A stretch of DNA of 64,000 nucleotides from an uncultured Pseudomonadales bacterium (GCA_964625685.1 CAZVBO010000001.1:153570-217569), one strand, 5' to 3'; numbered from the stretch's first letter, positions 1-9,349 are shown. Numbers and translations: made by a program. Notes: a model not told the origin generated them from the sequence alone.

Positions 1-646
1 CATTGTGAAATTTTAATTTAGTAATATCAAATACTACTGCATCTGGTTTCATCACATACCAATTGATATTTAAACCGAGTAGTTTGGTGAGACGAACCAG
101 TGCATGCCGCATCAGAGCTACTCCACCACCTTGAGGGGTAGCACTGATAAAGGCTAAGGATCGTTTGCCAAAACGATGGGCTTGCTCCAACAAAAATTGG
201 AATTCTTCTGGCTGGGTCACATGTTCGTAGTTGGATAAATCCACTAATTCCGAAATGACCACTTTGCCATTTTTCTTAATTCGGGCATTGTGAGAATCGT
301 CATCATTAAAATAGCTAATCGCAATTTCCGCAGCTTTTTGACTGATTTCAGCTCGAGAACCATGAAGATCTTTGGTGCGAACCGGCACAATATCCAAGTC
401 TAGCCATAATCGGGAATAAAGTTGTTTCCACGGTGCTTTGCCATGAATGCCAACTGCCACAATTTTAGTGTGATTAGCTTTCATATAATGCCTGGCCCAT
501 GACAGAAAACTAGCTGTAGCGGTGGTAGCTGATGTAGCTGTTTCTTGAGCCAAAATCACCTGTTTTTTCGATATTAAAGTAATATGAAATGAATCTTTAA
601 AAAAATGCACACCGGCGTAGACGGACTGGATGGAGGATGGTTTCAT
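1..646 (-). CDS. Glycosyltransferase family 4 (trehalose synthase TreT / sucrose-synthase-like), N-terminal part; the 3' end runs off the window
   Basis: The reverse-strand translation starts with ATG at 646 and contains TPQGGGVALMRHALVRL, matching the N-terminal GGGVAE...L.SLVPL motif of TreT-like GT4 enzymes. The frame is open to position 1. Confidence 0.5.
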   Translation of the reverse strand, partial: MKPSSIQSVYAGVHFFKDSFHITLISKKQVILAQETATSATTATASFLSWARHYMKANHTKIVAVGIHGKAPWKQLYSRLWLDLDIVPVRTKDLHGSRAEISQKAAEIAISYFNDDDSHNARIKKNGKVVISELVDLSNYEHVTQPEEFQFLLEQAHRFGKRSLAFISATPQGGGVALMRHALVRLTKLLGLNINWYVMKPDAVVFDITKLKFHN

Positions 647-803
647 AATGAGATCTCCAGTTAGACAAATGTCTAGACACTTAATATTTTTTTCGGGCAG
701 TCGTGAAAGTTTACGTTGCTGTGAAGTAATTCAATGCATGAACAAAACTATTCCTCTTTTTATCCTACCATATGAATTGTGAAGGTTGGGAAAGAATTTC
801 CCG

Positions 804-1076
804 CTAGATCTCAAGCAGGACGGAAAGTTTCATATTTAAAACACTTGCTAGGCGTTTTAAAAACGAAAGTGAAGGAGTGGTTTTAGCATTTTCAACTCGA
901 GAAATAACTGACTGTTTAGTGTGAAGCTTTTTAGCAAGTGCTTGTTGGCTTAGACCTGATTTAAGACGTGCTTCAATAATAGTTCGAGCAATTTGATATT
1001 CAAGTTCTGTTTCTTTGAGGGATAGTTGAACCTGTTTGTTTTTGAGTAGCTGGAGTTTATGTTGTTGCCAATTCAT
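804..1076 (-). CDS. HTH XRE-family antitoxin (HigA-like)
   Basis: A 90-aa ORF with an XRE helix-turn-helix (LSQQALAKKLHTKQSVISRVEN), lying immediately downstream of a RelE/HigB-like gene in the same orientation. Confidence 0.6.
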   Translation of the reverse strand: MNWQQHKLQLLKNKQVQLSLKETELEYQIARTIIEARLKSGLSQQALAKKLHTKQSVISRVENAKTTPSLSFLKRLASVLNMKLSVLLEI

Positions 1077-1113
1077 ATTTTTATATTATCACAATTTTGC
1101 TATAAAAACAACC

Positions 1114-1440
1114 TTATAACGTTGAGTAGTACTTATACCTTCTTAAAGCAATCCTTAAATCGGCTTGACTCATTTTTTGCTGTTTTTTGATAAATCCATG
1201 GAGAAGAACAATTTGTTTCTGCGGAAGTGTCATGAATAGGATCCTGATGTTATCCTGGCCTAGGATTCTAAGTTCCCAAAGAGGAGTTTTTATAATTTTC
1301 TTGGTATGTGGTGGCCCTAAACATATTCCAAATTCTTCGAGTAATGAAAAGGTATGAATAAGCTTTGCTTGAGTTTTAACTGGAAGATTATTTATGAAGT
1401 CATATACAGGATATGACTTATTTGGTAACTGATAGTACAA
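1114..1440 (-). CDS. RelE/ParE-superfamily toxin (HigB / Gp49-like)
   Basis: A 108-aa protein of the small RelE-fold toxin type. The toxin-first then HTH antitoxin order is the HigBA arrangement. Confidence 0.55.
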   Translation of the reverse strand: MYYQLPNKSYPVYDFINNLPVKTQAKLIHTFSLLEEFGICLGPPHTKKIIKTPLWELRILGQDNIRILFMTLPQKQIVLLHGFIKKQQKMSQADLRIALRRYKYYSTL

Positions 1441-1587
1441 AATTTGTCACTTTATCGACATGGTTAAAAGATAATGACATACAGTAGTTACAAAAAGATG
1501 ACTTTCCTACTCTGGACATTTATGCTCAAGTATTTCATAATTTTTCGTTCCTCTTTTGGTATTTAGACAGTCCAATGTGTAGAAAGT

Positions 1588-2181
1588 GTGCCGAGTATGT
1601 TACAAATTTTTCTTGATGTGGAAACACAAAAAACTTTTGAAGAAGTGGGTGGTTATTTCCCTGAAAGATTGGGTATTTCTTTTGTCGGAGTTTGCCTTCG
1701 TGAAGGTAGTAGTGGACCGGGTGAAATGCAGGGCTATTTTGAGCAAGATTTACCCAACCTTTTTCCCTTGTTAGAAAAAGCTGACGTAGTAGTAGGTTTT
1801 AATATCGATGCATTTGATATGCCCACCTTTATTCCTTATTACAAGGCCGATATCTCTCGAATTCCAACGTTGGATGTGATGATGCGAATTAAAGATAGCG
1901 TGGGGCATCGGATTAAATTGGATAATGTGGCTCAAGAAACTCTCGGAGTAGGCAAATCAGGAGATGGGCTCGATGCTATTAAATACTACCGAAATGGTCA
2001 GTTAGAATTATTACGTGATTATTGTCAGCAAGATGTCGCTGTTACTCGAGATGTGTATGATTATGGAGTCCAAAAAGGCCAAGTCAAATTTCGTAATAAA
2101 TGGAACCGATTGATTGAAGCCCCAGTTGATTTTAGTTTTGTTCCTCAAAAGGATGATGGGATTCAAATGAGTTTACTCTAG
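1588..2181 (+). CDS. DEDD-type 3'-5' exonuclease (RNase H-like fold)
   Basis: FLDVETQ near the N-terminus is exonuclease motif I of the DnaQ-like family. A later ...D...Y...D pattern fits the same fold. Confidence 0.45.
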   Translation: MPSMLQIFLDVETQKTFEEVGGYFPERLGISFVGVCLREGSSGPGEMQGYFEQDLPNLFPLLEKADVVVGFNIDAFDMPTFIPYYKADISRIPTLDVMMRIKDSVGHRIKLDNVAQETLGVGKSGDGLDAIKYYRNGQLELLRDYCQQDVAVTRDVYDYGVQKGQVKFRNKWNRLIEAPVDFSFVPQKDDGIQMSLL

Positions 2182-2231
2182 AATTCCAAAATCCTAGCTC
2201 CAAAATCAAAAATCCAGTTATAATACGCAGT

Positions 2232-2780
2232 ATGGCTGACTTACAATCGTATCCAGCAAAAATCTGTTTGACTGCTTCAGGTACTTTAATTTACCATAAT
2301 AAAATTTTATTGATTAAACACAAAAAAGTTCAATTATGGATGTGTCCCGGTGGACATATGGAACCTAACGAACTGCCTCACCAAGCCGCCGAACGAGAGT
2401 TCTGGGAAGAGACCGGAATTAAAGTAAAAGCACTTCATTATGGTTTTCAACCTGACAATGCTCTTACCGAATTCTTACCCATTCCGATCTCAACTAATCT
2501 ACACTGGGTGTCTCAGGAAAACTATCAACGTCGTCTTAAAAATCCATCTCATTTTCAAGCCGAGGAAATGTGGGTAAAAGGTTGTGAGCAACATTACAAT
2601 CAAAATTACCTAGTTGAGCCGCTAGCCGGAGTAGATTTTTCGCAAAATGTAGAAGAAACCGATGGCATTGCTTGGTTCTCCCAAGATGAAATCTCTGAGC
2701 TAAAAACGGGAGCTCAAATTCAATTAGAAATTAGGAATGCTTTTGAAAAGTATCACCACTATGTCACTGACCATTCATAA
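2232..2780 (+). CDS. NUDIX hydrolase
   Basis: Nudix box GGHMEPNELPHQAAEREFWEETGI (GX5EX7REUXEEXGU). Confidence 0.8.
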   Translation: MADLQSYPAKICLTASGTLIYHNKILLIKHKKVQLWMCPGGHMEPNELPHQAAEREFWEETGIKVKALHYGFQPDNALTEFLPIPISTNLHWVSQENYQRRLKNPSHFQAEEMWVKGCEQHYNQNYLVEPLAGVDFSQNVEETDGIAWFSQDEISELKTGAQIQLEIRNAFEKYHHYVTDHS

Positions 2781-3543
2781 TCTCCAAGCCAAAATTGATG
2801 ATAAGCAGATTCTTAAAGGAGTGGATCTTGAAGTAAATAAAGGTGAAATTCACGCCATCATGGGTCCAAATGGTTCTGGTAAATCCACTTTGGCTAATGT
2901 CTTAGCAGGCAACCCTTTTTATAAAATCCAAACTTCAAATTCCCTGCCTGCGCAGGCAGGCAAAATTCAAAAAGAGGAGATGACTCTCGACGGAATAGAT
3001 TTGCTGGACTTGTCTCCTGATGAGAGAGCCCAACGAGGCTTATTTTTAGCTTTTCAATACCCAGTAGAAGTTCCTGGTGTTAGTGTCGAACGATTCCTGC
3101 GGGAAGCCTATCGAGCTCGAATAGGTGAAACAGCAAAAAAAATGTCAGCTCTCGAATTTCGCCAGTATGTTGAGGGTTTGGCAGAAGAACTGCATGTTAA
3201 ACCAGAATTGCTGAAGCGCGGCCTAAATGAGGGTTTTAGTGGAGGTGAGAAAAAGAGATTAGAAATTTTGCAAATGGCAGTCTTACAGCCTGAGTATGCC
3301 ATCTTAGATGAAACAGATTCTGGGTTAGACATTGATGCAATCAAGGCTGTTGCTGATGGTGTCAAAACCGTTATCAAAAAATACCAAACTGGAGTAATCA
3401 TTATTACTCATTATCAACGAATTCTTGATTATATTCAGCCTGATTTTGTGCATGTGATGATTGATGGGCAAATTGTAAGAAGTGGTGATTTTAGCTTGGT
3501 AGGTGAATTGGAAAGTAGTGGCTATGGGAATTTAAAGGCTTAA
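2761..3543 (+). CDS. sufC: Fe-S cluster assembly ATPase SufC
   Basis: Walker A GPNGSGKST, ABC signature FSGGEKKR and Walker B ILDETDSGLD. The gene lies directly upstream of sufB. The start was chosen at the internal ATG (MSLTIHNL) to avoid overlap with the NUDIX gene. Confidence 0.9.
   Translation: MSLTIHNLQAKIDDKQILKGVDLEVNKGEIHAIMGPNGSGKSTLANVLAGNPFYKIQTSNSLPAQAGKIQKEEMTLDGIDLLDLSPDERAQRGLFLAFQYPVEVPGVSVERFLREAYRARIGETAKKMSALEFRQYVEGLAEELHVKPELLKRGLNEGFSGGEKKRLEILQMAVLQPEYAILDETDSGLDIDAIKAVADGVKTVIKKYQTGVIIITHYQRILDYIQPDFVHVMIDGQIVRSGDFSLVGELESSGYGNLKA
2943..2960. repeat. 18-bp perfect palindrome CCTGCCTGCGCAGGCAGG inserted in-frame within sufC
   Basis: The exact palindrome recurs at 14073-14090 and 53503-53520. 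Here it encodes the extra segment SLPAQAGKI in the loop after the Walker A region. Confidence 0.8.
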
Positions 3544-3546
3544 GTT

Positions 3547-4974
3547 ATGTCTCGGTTTGCTCAAAAACATACTCCTAAATTTGACCCTCAAAAAAATGAT
3601 AAGTATGAGTTTGGTTTTTCGTATCCGACGGCTGCATATAAGTATATTTCTCAACCAGGCCTCAATGAGCAAGTGGTTAGAGAAATTTCTCATCTGAAAG
3701 CAGAACCAGAATGGATGCTGAAGTACCGTCTCCAAGCTTTGAAATTATTTGAAGCGAAAGCGATGCCAATGTGGGGGGCGGATCTGACAGCGATTGATTT
3801 TGACAAAATTCATTACTATCTACGACCTACGGACACTCAGGTTGATTCGTGGGAAAAGGTTCCCCCTGAAGTTAAAGCCACTTTTGATAAACTGGGTATC
3901 CCAGAAGCCGAGAGAACTGTTTTAGCAGGAGTTAAAGCCCAATATGATAGTGAAGTGGTGTATGGCTCATTACAAAATGTGTGGGCGAAAGACGGTGTGA
4001 TTTTTTTATCGATGGATGAAGGCTTGAAGCAATATCCAGATTTGGTTAAAGAGTATTTTGGAAAAGTGATTCCTCATGGTGATAATAAATTTGCAGCTTT
4101 GAATTCTGCCGTTTGGTCAGGTGGCTCTTTTGTGTATGTCCCAAAAGGCGTTCATGTCAAAATGCCGCTCCAAACTTACTTTCGAATCAATGCCGCTAAT
4201 GCAGGTCAGTTTGAGCGAACTTTGATTATTGTAGATGAAGGAGCGTCTGTCCATTACATCGAAGGTTGTACCGCGCCTAGTTTTGCCAGTAGTTCTCTTC
4301 ATTCAGCAGTCGTAGAAATTTTTGTTAAAAAAGGGGCTCGTTGTCAGTACACCACCGTTCAGAATTGGTATAAAAATGTATACAACTTAGTGACAAAGCG
4401 TTCGTATGTGGAAGAAGAAGGCCAAATGATTTGGACTGATTTCAACATGGGTAGTCAAGTGACCATGAAGTACCCTAGTTTTATTTTGGCGGGCAAAGGG
4501 GCCAAAGGTGAAGTGCTGTCGATGGCTTTGGCGGGAAAAGGTCAGCATCAGGATACTGGTTCCAAAGCAATCCATTTAGCCCCTTATACCAGTTCAACCA
4601 TTATTTCTAAGTCTATTAGTAAAGATGGTGGCCGCACCAGCTATCGGGGGTTGGTCAATGTGGGGCCACATGCTCACCATAGCCAGAATACGGTGGTCTG
4701 TGATGCTTTATTACTTGACCCACAATCTCGGTCAGATACCTATCCGACTGAAAAAATTTTTAATTCAAATGTCGCTGTGCAACATGAAGCTACCGTTTCT
4801 AAAATTGGAGATGACCAGCTTTTTTATTTAATGAGTCGTGGGATTGGTGAGGAAGCGGCTCGTAAAATGATTGTGAATGGCTTTATTGATGACTTGGTCA
4901 AAAAACTACCTTTAGAGTATGCGGTAGAGATGAATCGATTAATTGACTATGAGATGGAGGGGTCGATAGGATAG
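3547..4974 (+). CDS. sufB: Fe-S cluster assembly protein SufB
   Basis: A 475-aa protein with SufB/SufD beta-helix core motifs, sitting between sufC and the sufD-like gene. Confidence 0.9.
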   Translation: MSRFAQKHTPKFDPQKNDKYEFGFSYPTAAYKYISQPGLNEQVVREISHLKAEPEWMLKYRLQALKLFEAKAMPMWGADLTAIDFDKIHYYLRPTDTQVDSWEKVPPEVKATFDKLGIPEAERTVLAGVKAQYDSEVVYGSLQNVWAKDGVIFLSMDEGLKQYPDLVKEYFGKVIPHGDNKFAALNSAVWSGGSFVYVPKGVHVKMPLQTYFRINAANAGQFERTLIIVDEGASVHYIEGCTAPSFASSSLHSAVVEIFVKKGARCQYTTVQNWYKNVYNLVTKRSYVEEEGQMIWTDFNMGSQVTMKYPSFILAGKGAKGEVLSMALAGKGQHQDTGSKAIHLAPYTSSTIISKSISKDGGRTSYRGLVNVGPHAHHSQNTVVCDALLLDPQSRSDTYPTEKIFNSNVAVQHEATVSKIGDDQLFYLMSRGIGEEAARKMIVNGFIDDLVKKLPLEYAVEMNRLIDYEMEGSIG

Positions 4975-4989
4975 GAGGTGGCGTCATTT

Positions 4990-5066
4990 TGTCATTCCGG
5001 CGGAGGCCGGAATCTATAATATTTTTGCAAAATAAGGTATGGATGCCGACTTTCGTCGGGATGACA
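4990..5066. repeat. MITE-like palindromic element, copy 1 (subfamily B)
   Basis: Sequence TGTCATTCCGGCGGAGGCCGGAATC...GATGCCGACTTTCGTCGGGATGACA. It has TGTCAT/ATGACA termini and two internal hairpins, and is intergenic between sufB and the sufD-like gene. Confidence 0.75.
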
Positions 5067-5079
5067 TTTTAAAGCAACT

Positions 5080-5571
5080 ATGAAACAGAGCAAAATTATT
5101 CTTTCCACAGATGAAGAGAAAACAGTTATTCTCAAAGAATCGGGAGAATATGTATTTGAGTTGACTGGCCCTGGGGCTGAGTTAGAAGTGAAAGGGACCT
5201 TTTTAGCTAAGGATAAAGAAAACCAAGAAATCATTGTGATTATTCGACATTTAGCGCCTCATACTCGGGCTAACACAGTCCTCAAAGGTGTGGCTCAAGA
5301 TAAAGGTCAACTAAGGTTTGTCGGTCGAATTATCATTGATAAAAATTGTGGTGATACCCAATCATTTTTGGAGGAACGGGTATTATTGTTGTCAGATGAG
5401 GCTAAAGCCGAAACGGTCCCAGATTTAGAAATTGAAAGTGATGATGTCAAATGTTCTCATGCGGCCTCGATTAGTCGAATTCCCGACGAGCAGCTATTTT
5501 ATCTTCAAAGCCGAGGAGTGAGTAGGTCACAGGCTGAAAAAATGATTGTAGAGGGGTTTCTCAAGGTTTAG
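5080..5571 (+). CDS. Short SufD-like protein (SufBD family C-terminal domain)
   Basis: A 163-aa ORF after sufB whose C-terminus (QLFYLQSRGVSRSQAEKMIVEGF) parallels the SufB C-terminus (QLFYLMSRGIGEEAARKMIVNGF). Confidence 0.6.
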   Translation: MKQSKIILSTDEEKTVILKESGEYVFELTGPGAELEVKGTFLAKDKENQEIIVIIRHLAPHTRANTVLKGVAQDKGQLRFVGRIIIDKNCGDTQSFLEERVLLLSDEAKAETVPDLEIESDDVKCSHAASISRIPDEQLFYLQSRGVSRSQAEKMIVEGFLKV

Positions 5572-5607
5572 TGATGAGTCATTTTCCGCTGTTGTATAAT
5601 CAAGGGT

Positions 5608-6858
5608 ATGTTTGACGCCAATCAACTTCACTCTGATTTTCCAATTTTGACCCAAGAAATACATGGATTTCCTTTAGTGTATTTGGATAATGCAGCTACT
5701 TCACAAAAACCTCAGTCCGTCATTGATGCTGTTGTTCATTATTATACTCATGACAATGCCAATGTTCATCGAGGAGTACATACTTTATCTGACCGGGCCA
5801 CTCGTTTTTTTGAAGAAAGTCGGCACACCATTACCCAATTTGTAGGAGCTCAGCCTCAAGAATTGATTCTGACTCGAAATACCACAGAAGCTTTGAATGG
5901 GGTTGCATATGGTTGGGCAGACCAACACTTAAGTCTTGGTGATGTTGTTTTAACAACTCTGATGGAACATCATGCTAATTTGGTTCCCTGGCAAGAGGTT
6001 TGTAAACGAACTGGGGCAGTTTTAGAATTTGTGAACATGACTGATGATGGCTTATTAGATCGTGCAGATTTTCAACAAAAGATTCAGAATTCTCGAATAA
6101 AACTGGTGACTTTAACTCATATTTCTAATACTTTGGGAACGGTTAATCCCATTGAAGAATTAATTGCAGAAGTTCGATCAACTTATGGAGAAAAAGTGAA
6201 AGTGGTCATTGATGGAGCTCAAGCTGTGCCTCACCTGCCAGTTAATTTTGATTTACTTGATGCTGATTTTTATGCGTTTAGTGGGCACAAAATGTTAGGT
6301 CCAATGGGAATAGGTGGTTTGTTAGTTAAACAACGCTTAATTGAATCAGGTGAATTTCAACCGTGGTTATTTGGAGGTGGCATGATTGATGAAGTTCATC
6401 AGTCTCAAACCACTTTTCACCCTGATCCAGAGGAAAGATTTGTAGCTGGCACTCCTGATGTGGCATCTGCGGTGGGACTAGCTGAAGCTTGTCGATACTT
6501 AACTGATTTGGGAATGACTCAAGTGAAACAGCATGATCAGGATTTAGTGCAGTATACTTATCAGCAACTTTTAGCAATTCCTGAGGTTCAACTCGTAGGG
6601 TCGAACCCGCTCGATCACCCTGATATTAGACTGGGTTCGGTGGCTTTTCTGTATCAAGGAATTCATGCTCACGATGTAGCTCAGATTTTAGATAGTCAAG
6701 GTATAGCGGTTCGTTCCGGTCACCATTGTTGTATGCCGCTTCATCAAAAAATGGGGTGGCAGGCGACAGTGCGGGCTAGTTTTCAAGTTTATAATACTCG
6801 AGATGATGTAGATCGATTAGTTGAAGGACTGGGAAAAGTGAAAGAGGTGTTTCGATAA
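5608..6858 (+). CDS. sufS: Cysteine desulfurase SufS (class V aminotransferase)
   Basis: FSGHKMLGPMGIGGL contains the PLP lysine, plus HHANLVPWQ. A C-terminal RSGHHC is consistent with the active-site Cys loop. Confidence 0.85.
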   Translation: MFDANQLHSDFPILTQEIHGFPLVYLDNAATSQKPQSVIDAVVHYYTHDNANVHRGVHTLSDRATRFFEESRHTITQFVGAQPQELILTRNTTEALNGVAYGWADQHLSLGDVVLTTLMEHHANLVPWQEVCKRTGAVLEFVNMTDDGLLDRADFQQKIQNSRIKLVTLTHISNTLGTVNPIEELIAEVRSTYGEKVKVVIDGAQAVPHLPVNFDLLDADFYAFSGHKMLGPMGIGGLLVKQRLIESGEFQPWLFGGGMIDEVHQSQTTFHPDPEERFVAGTPDVASAVGLAEACRYLTDLGMTQVKQHDQDLVQYTYQQLLAIPEVQLVGSNPLDHPDIRLGSVAFLYQGIHAHDVAQILDSQGIAVRSGHHCCMPLHQKMGWQATVRASFQVYNTRDDVDRLVEGLGKVKEVFR

Positions 6859-6885
6859 TTGTTGTGTAGGTGTAATGTGTAAAGT

Positions 6886-7269
6886 GTGAGTGAAAATATG
6901 AAAAAAACTCTTAATTCCTATAAAGAACTTGATGTATATAAGAAATCAATTATTTTAGTGAGTTCAATTTACCAACTAACTAGAATGTTTCCTGAAGAAG
7001 AAAAATATGGTTTGATTTCTCAAATGAGAAGAGCTGCAGTATCAATTCCACTGAATATAGCTGAAGGAGCAAAAAGACAGACAACAAAAGAATTTATCCA
7101 TTTTTTTGTATGTAGCGAGTGGCTCCTGTTCTGAGATACAAGCAATATTTGATGTTGTCTCCGCTTTAACAATGGTTGATGAAAATATTAAGAGTGAATA
7201 TGAACAAAAGCTAGAGGAAATTGCTCGAATGTTAAACGGTTTAATTCATAGTTTAAAGGCTAAACGATA
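6886..7269 (+). pseudogene. Four-helix-bundle protein (TIGR02436-like), interrupted by a +1 frameshift in a T7 run near 7100-7106
   Basis: The 82-aa ORF ends ...EFIHFFVCSEWLLF*. Shifting one base at the T7 run restores the family-typical continuation IHFLYVASGSCSEIQAIFDV...IHSLKAKR, ending at 7269. Confidence 0.5.
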
Positions 7270-7301
7270 GGGACACTAAAACACATACACTATTCACTAA
7301 G

Positions 7302-7673
7302 ATGCCCGATTTATACCAAGAAACCATCATTGAAGAATTTAAGTATCCTCGCAATAAAGGTACATTAGCCGGCGCTGATCAAGTACTACATGGCGAAAAT
7401 GCGAGTTGCGGGGATGAATTAACCGTTTATCTTAAAATGAACTCCCAAGGTCGCATTGAACAGCTCCTGTGGGAAGGGAATGGTTGTGCTATCAGTCAAG
7501 CAGCCATGAGTTTACTCAGTAACTATATTTTACAAAATAAATTATCACTTCCAGAAATTCGACAGCTGAATGAGAAAACATTATTAGATCTCTTAGGCTT
7601 AGATGAGATTAATCCAGGTCGAGAAAAATGTCTGATGATTGCTTTAAAAACTATTCAGAAAGCAGTGAAATAG
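7302..7673 (+). CDS. sufU: SufU/IscU-like Fe-S scaffold (NifU N-terminal domain)
   Basis: A 123-aa protein with conserved Cys in GENASCGDEL and EGNGCAISQA, in SUF operon context. Confidence 0.7.
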   Translation: MPDLYQETIIEEFKYPRNKGTLAGADQVLHGENASCGDELTVYLKMNSQGRIEQLLWEGNGCAISQAAMSLLSNYILQNKLSLPEIRQLNEKTLLDLLGLDEINPGREKCLMIALKTIQKAVK

Positions 7674-7682
7674 CTGCCCTCT

Positions 7683-8237
7683 ATGCACATTTTCGTCGGC
7701 TCCACTAATCCCGTCAAAATTAACGCAGTTATTCAGGCTGCCAGTGAAACATGGCCAGCGGTACAAGTTGAAGGATATGAGGTTGAAAGTGGTGTTGCTG
7801 ATCAGCCACGAAGTGATGAGGAAACCAAACAAGGGTCAATTAATCGAGCAAAAAATGTTTTATCAGTAGCAACAAAATTTGGTAATAAAGATGAAGTTCT
7901 TGGAATAGGTTTAGAGGGTGGGGTGTTTGAGAATAAACAGGGGGAAATGTGGTCCACGGTGTGGGTAAGTGTGGTAGATCAAGAAGATAATGTCTTTAGT
8001 TCAAATGGAGCCCGATTTTTAGTTCCATCTATAGTGGCAGACAGAATCCGACAGGGTGAAGAAATGGGTCCAATTATTGCAGAAGTGGTGGGTGAACATG
8101 ATGTGCGAAGTAAGCAAGGTATGATTGGTGTAATCACTAAAAACTTTGTAGATAGAACTGAAGAATACATGAGTATAGCTAAGCTGGCACTCGGGTTGTG
8201 GTACGGTCGACACTGGTTAGATGAACTTTCCAGCTGA
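7683..8237 (+). CDS. Non-canonical purine NTP phosphatase (YjjX/DUF84 family)
   Basis: The N-terminus MHIFVGSTNPVKINAV and the overall 184-aa architecture match inosine/xanthosine triphosphatase-like proteins. Confidence 0.55.
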   Translation: MHIFVGSTNPVKINAVIQAASETWPAVQVEGYEVESGVADQPRSDEETKQGSINRAKNVLSVATKFGNKDEVLGIGLEGGVFENKQGEMWSTVWVSVVDQEDNVFSSNGARFLVPSIVADRIRQGEEMGPIIAEVVGEHDVRSKQGMIGVITKNFVDRTEEYMSIAKLALGLWYGRHWLDELSS

Positions 8238-8272
8238 TTTCACTATTTCCTAATCTAAAAATTTATCTTATA

Positions 8273-8989
8273 TTGATGGTTATGAATAAACCTGGAGTTT
8301 ACTCAGCCAGATTTGAAGAAAAGCAGATTCATAACGATAAATATTGGCAATTTTCCTTCGAGTTTACTGAACCTCATGAAATGAGTTTTCAGGCAGGGCA
8401 GTATGTGTCAGTGGCAGTTGATGACGTGGGTCATCGTCGCTCTTATTCTATTTGTAGTCGACCCGATATTGAACATGGCTTTGAACTCTTGATTGATATG
8501 GAAATTAATGGTCTGGGAGTAAACTATTTCAGGAACCTAGAATTTGGACAGGAGATTAAGCTGATTGGACCAATGGGTCAGTTTGTGATTCAAGATAATC
8601 AAGATGACCAATTGATTTTGATCGCTACTGGATCAGGAATTGCTCCCTTTCATAGTATGCTTTTGGATTTGTTGCAAGTAAAAGGAGAAACTCGACCCAT
8701 TACTCTTTATTGGGGACTAAGATTTGTGAATCAACTTTTTTGGCAAGATGAATTTGAGGAATTGGCTCAACTGTATTCCAATTTTTCATTTTATCCAGTA
8801 GTTTCTAAACCTACACCCGAATGGACATTATCTACAGGTCACGTAACTGATCTACTAGATATTCACGAGTTTAGTCCTCAGGCCGGATTTTATATCTGTG
8901 GAAATACTCATATGATTCAAGATGTGATGGCCACGTTACAAAAACATCAATTTCAACCATCTCAGATGTATCACGAAAAGTTTTTTTAA
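8273..8989 (+). CDS. Ferredoxin-NADP reductase-like FAD/NAD(P)-binding oxidoreductase
   Basis: RRSYSICS (the RxYS FAD motif) and ATGSGIAPF (the NAD(P) GxGxxP motif). Confidence 0.7.
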   Translation: MMVMNKPGVYSARFEEKQIHNDKYWQFSFEFTEPHEMSFQAGQYVSVAVDDVGHRRSYSICSRPDIEHGFELLIDMEINGLGVNYFRNLEFGQEIKLIGPMGQFVIQDNQDDQLILIATGSGIAPFHSMLLDLLQVKGETRPITLYWGLRFVNQLFWQDEFEELAQLYSNFSFYPVVSKPTPEWTLSTGHVTDLLDIHEFSPQAGFYICGNTHMIQDVMATLQKHQFQPSQMYHEKFF

Positions 8990-9004
8990 TAATAATTTTC
9001 TGTT

Positions 9005-9313
9005 TTGGACAGAAAGGGTATCATGCCAGACCAAATTTCTTCATCACCAACACCTGCTTCTACGCCCGTAGCTACTACTCATCAGGTAGGAAAGTATAAA
9101 GTTGAAGTTATTCGAGAGAAATGTATTGGAGCTGCCAGTTGTGTGGCTATTGCTCCCGGTACTTTTGAGCTTGATGAAGAAAACATTGCTAAGATAATTT
9201 CTCAAGATGGAGATGATGATGAAACTCAGCTCTTAGGTGCTCAAAGTTGCCCTACGGCGGCTATTATTGTGACTGATACCGAAACTGGAGAACAAGTGTG
9301 GCCTAAAGAATAA
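9005..9313 (+). CDS. Small ferredoxin (single Fe-S cluster)
   Basis: CIGAASC ... CPTAAI cysteine spacing, directly downstream of the FNR-like gene. Confidence 0.6.
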   Translation: MDRKGIMPDQISSSPTPASTPVATTHQVGKYKVEVIREKCIGAASCVAIAPGTFELDEENIAKIISQDGDDDETQLLGAQSCPTAAIIVTDTETGEQVWPKE

Positions 9314-9349
9314 ATTAATAGATACATTTGATAATATAGGGGAAACTTT

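Noticed and set aside
3108-4575. Minus-strand ORFs 3108..3401, 4117..4302 and 4387..4575, and plus-strand 4625..4831, inside sufC/sufB
   Set aside because: They are embedded in or antisense to strongly conserved SufC/SufB coding sequence and have no independent support.
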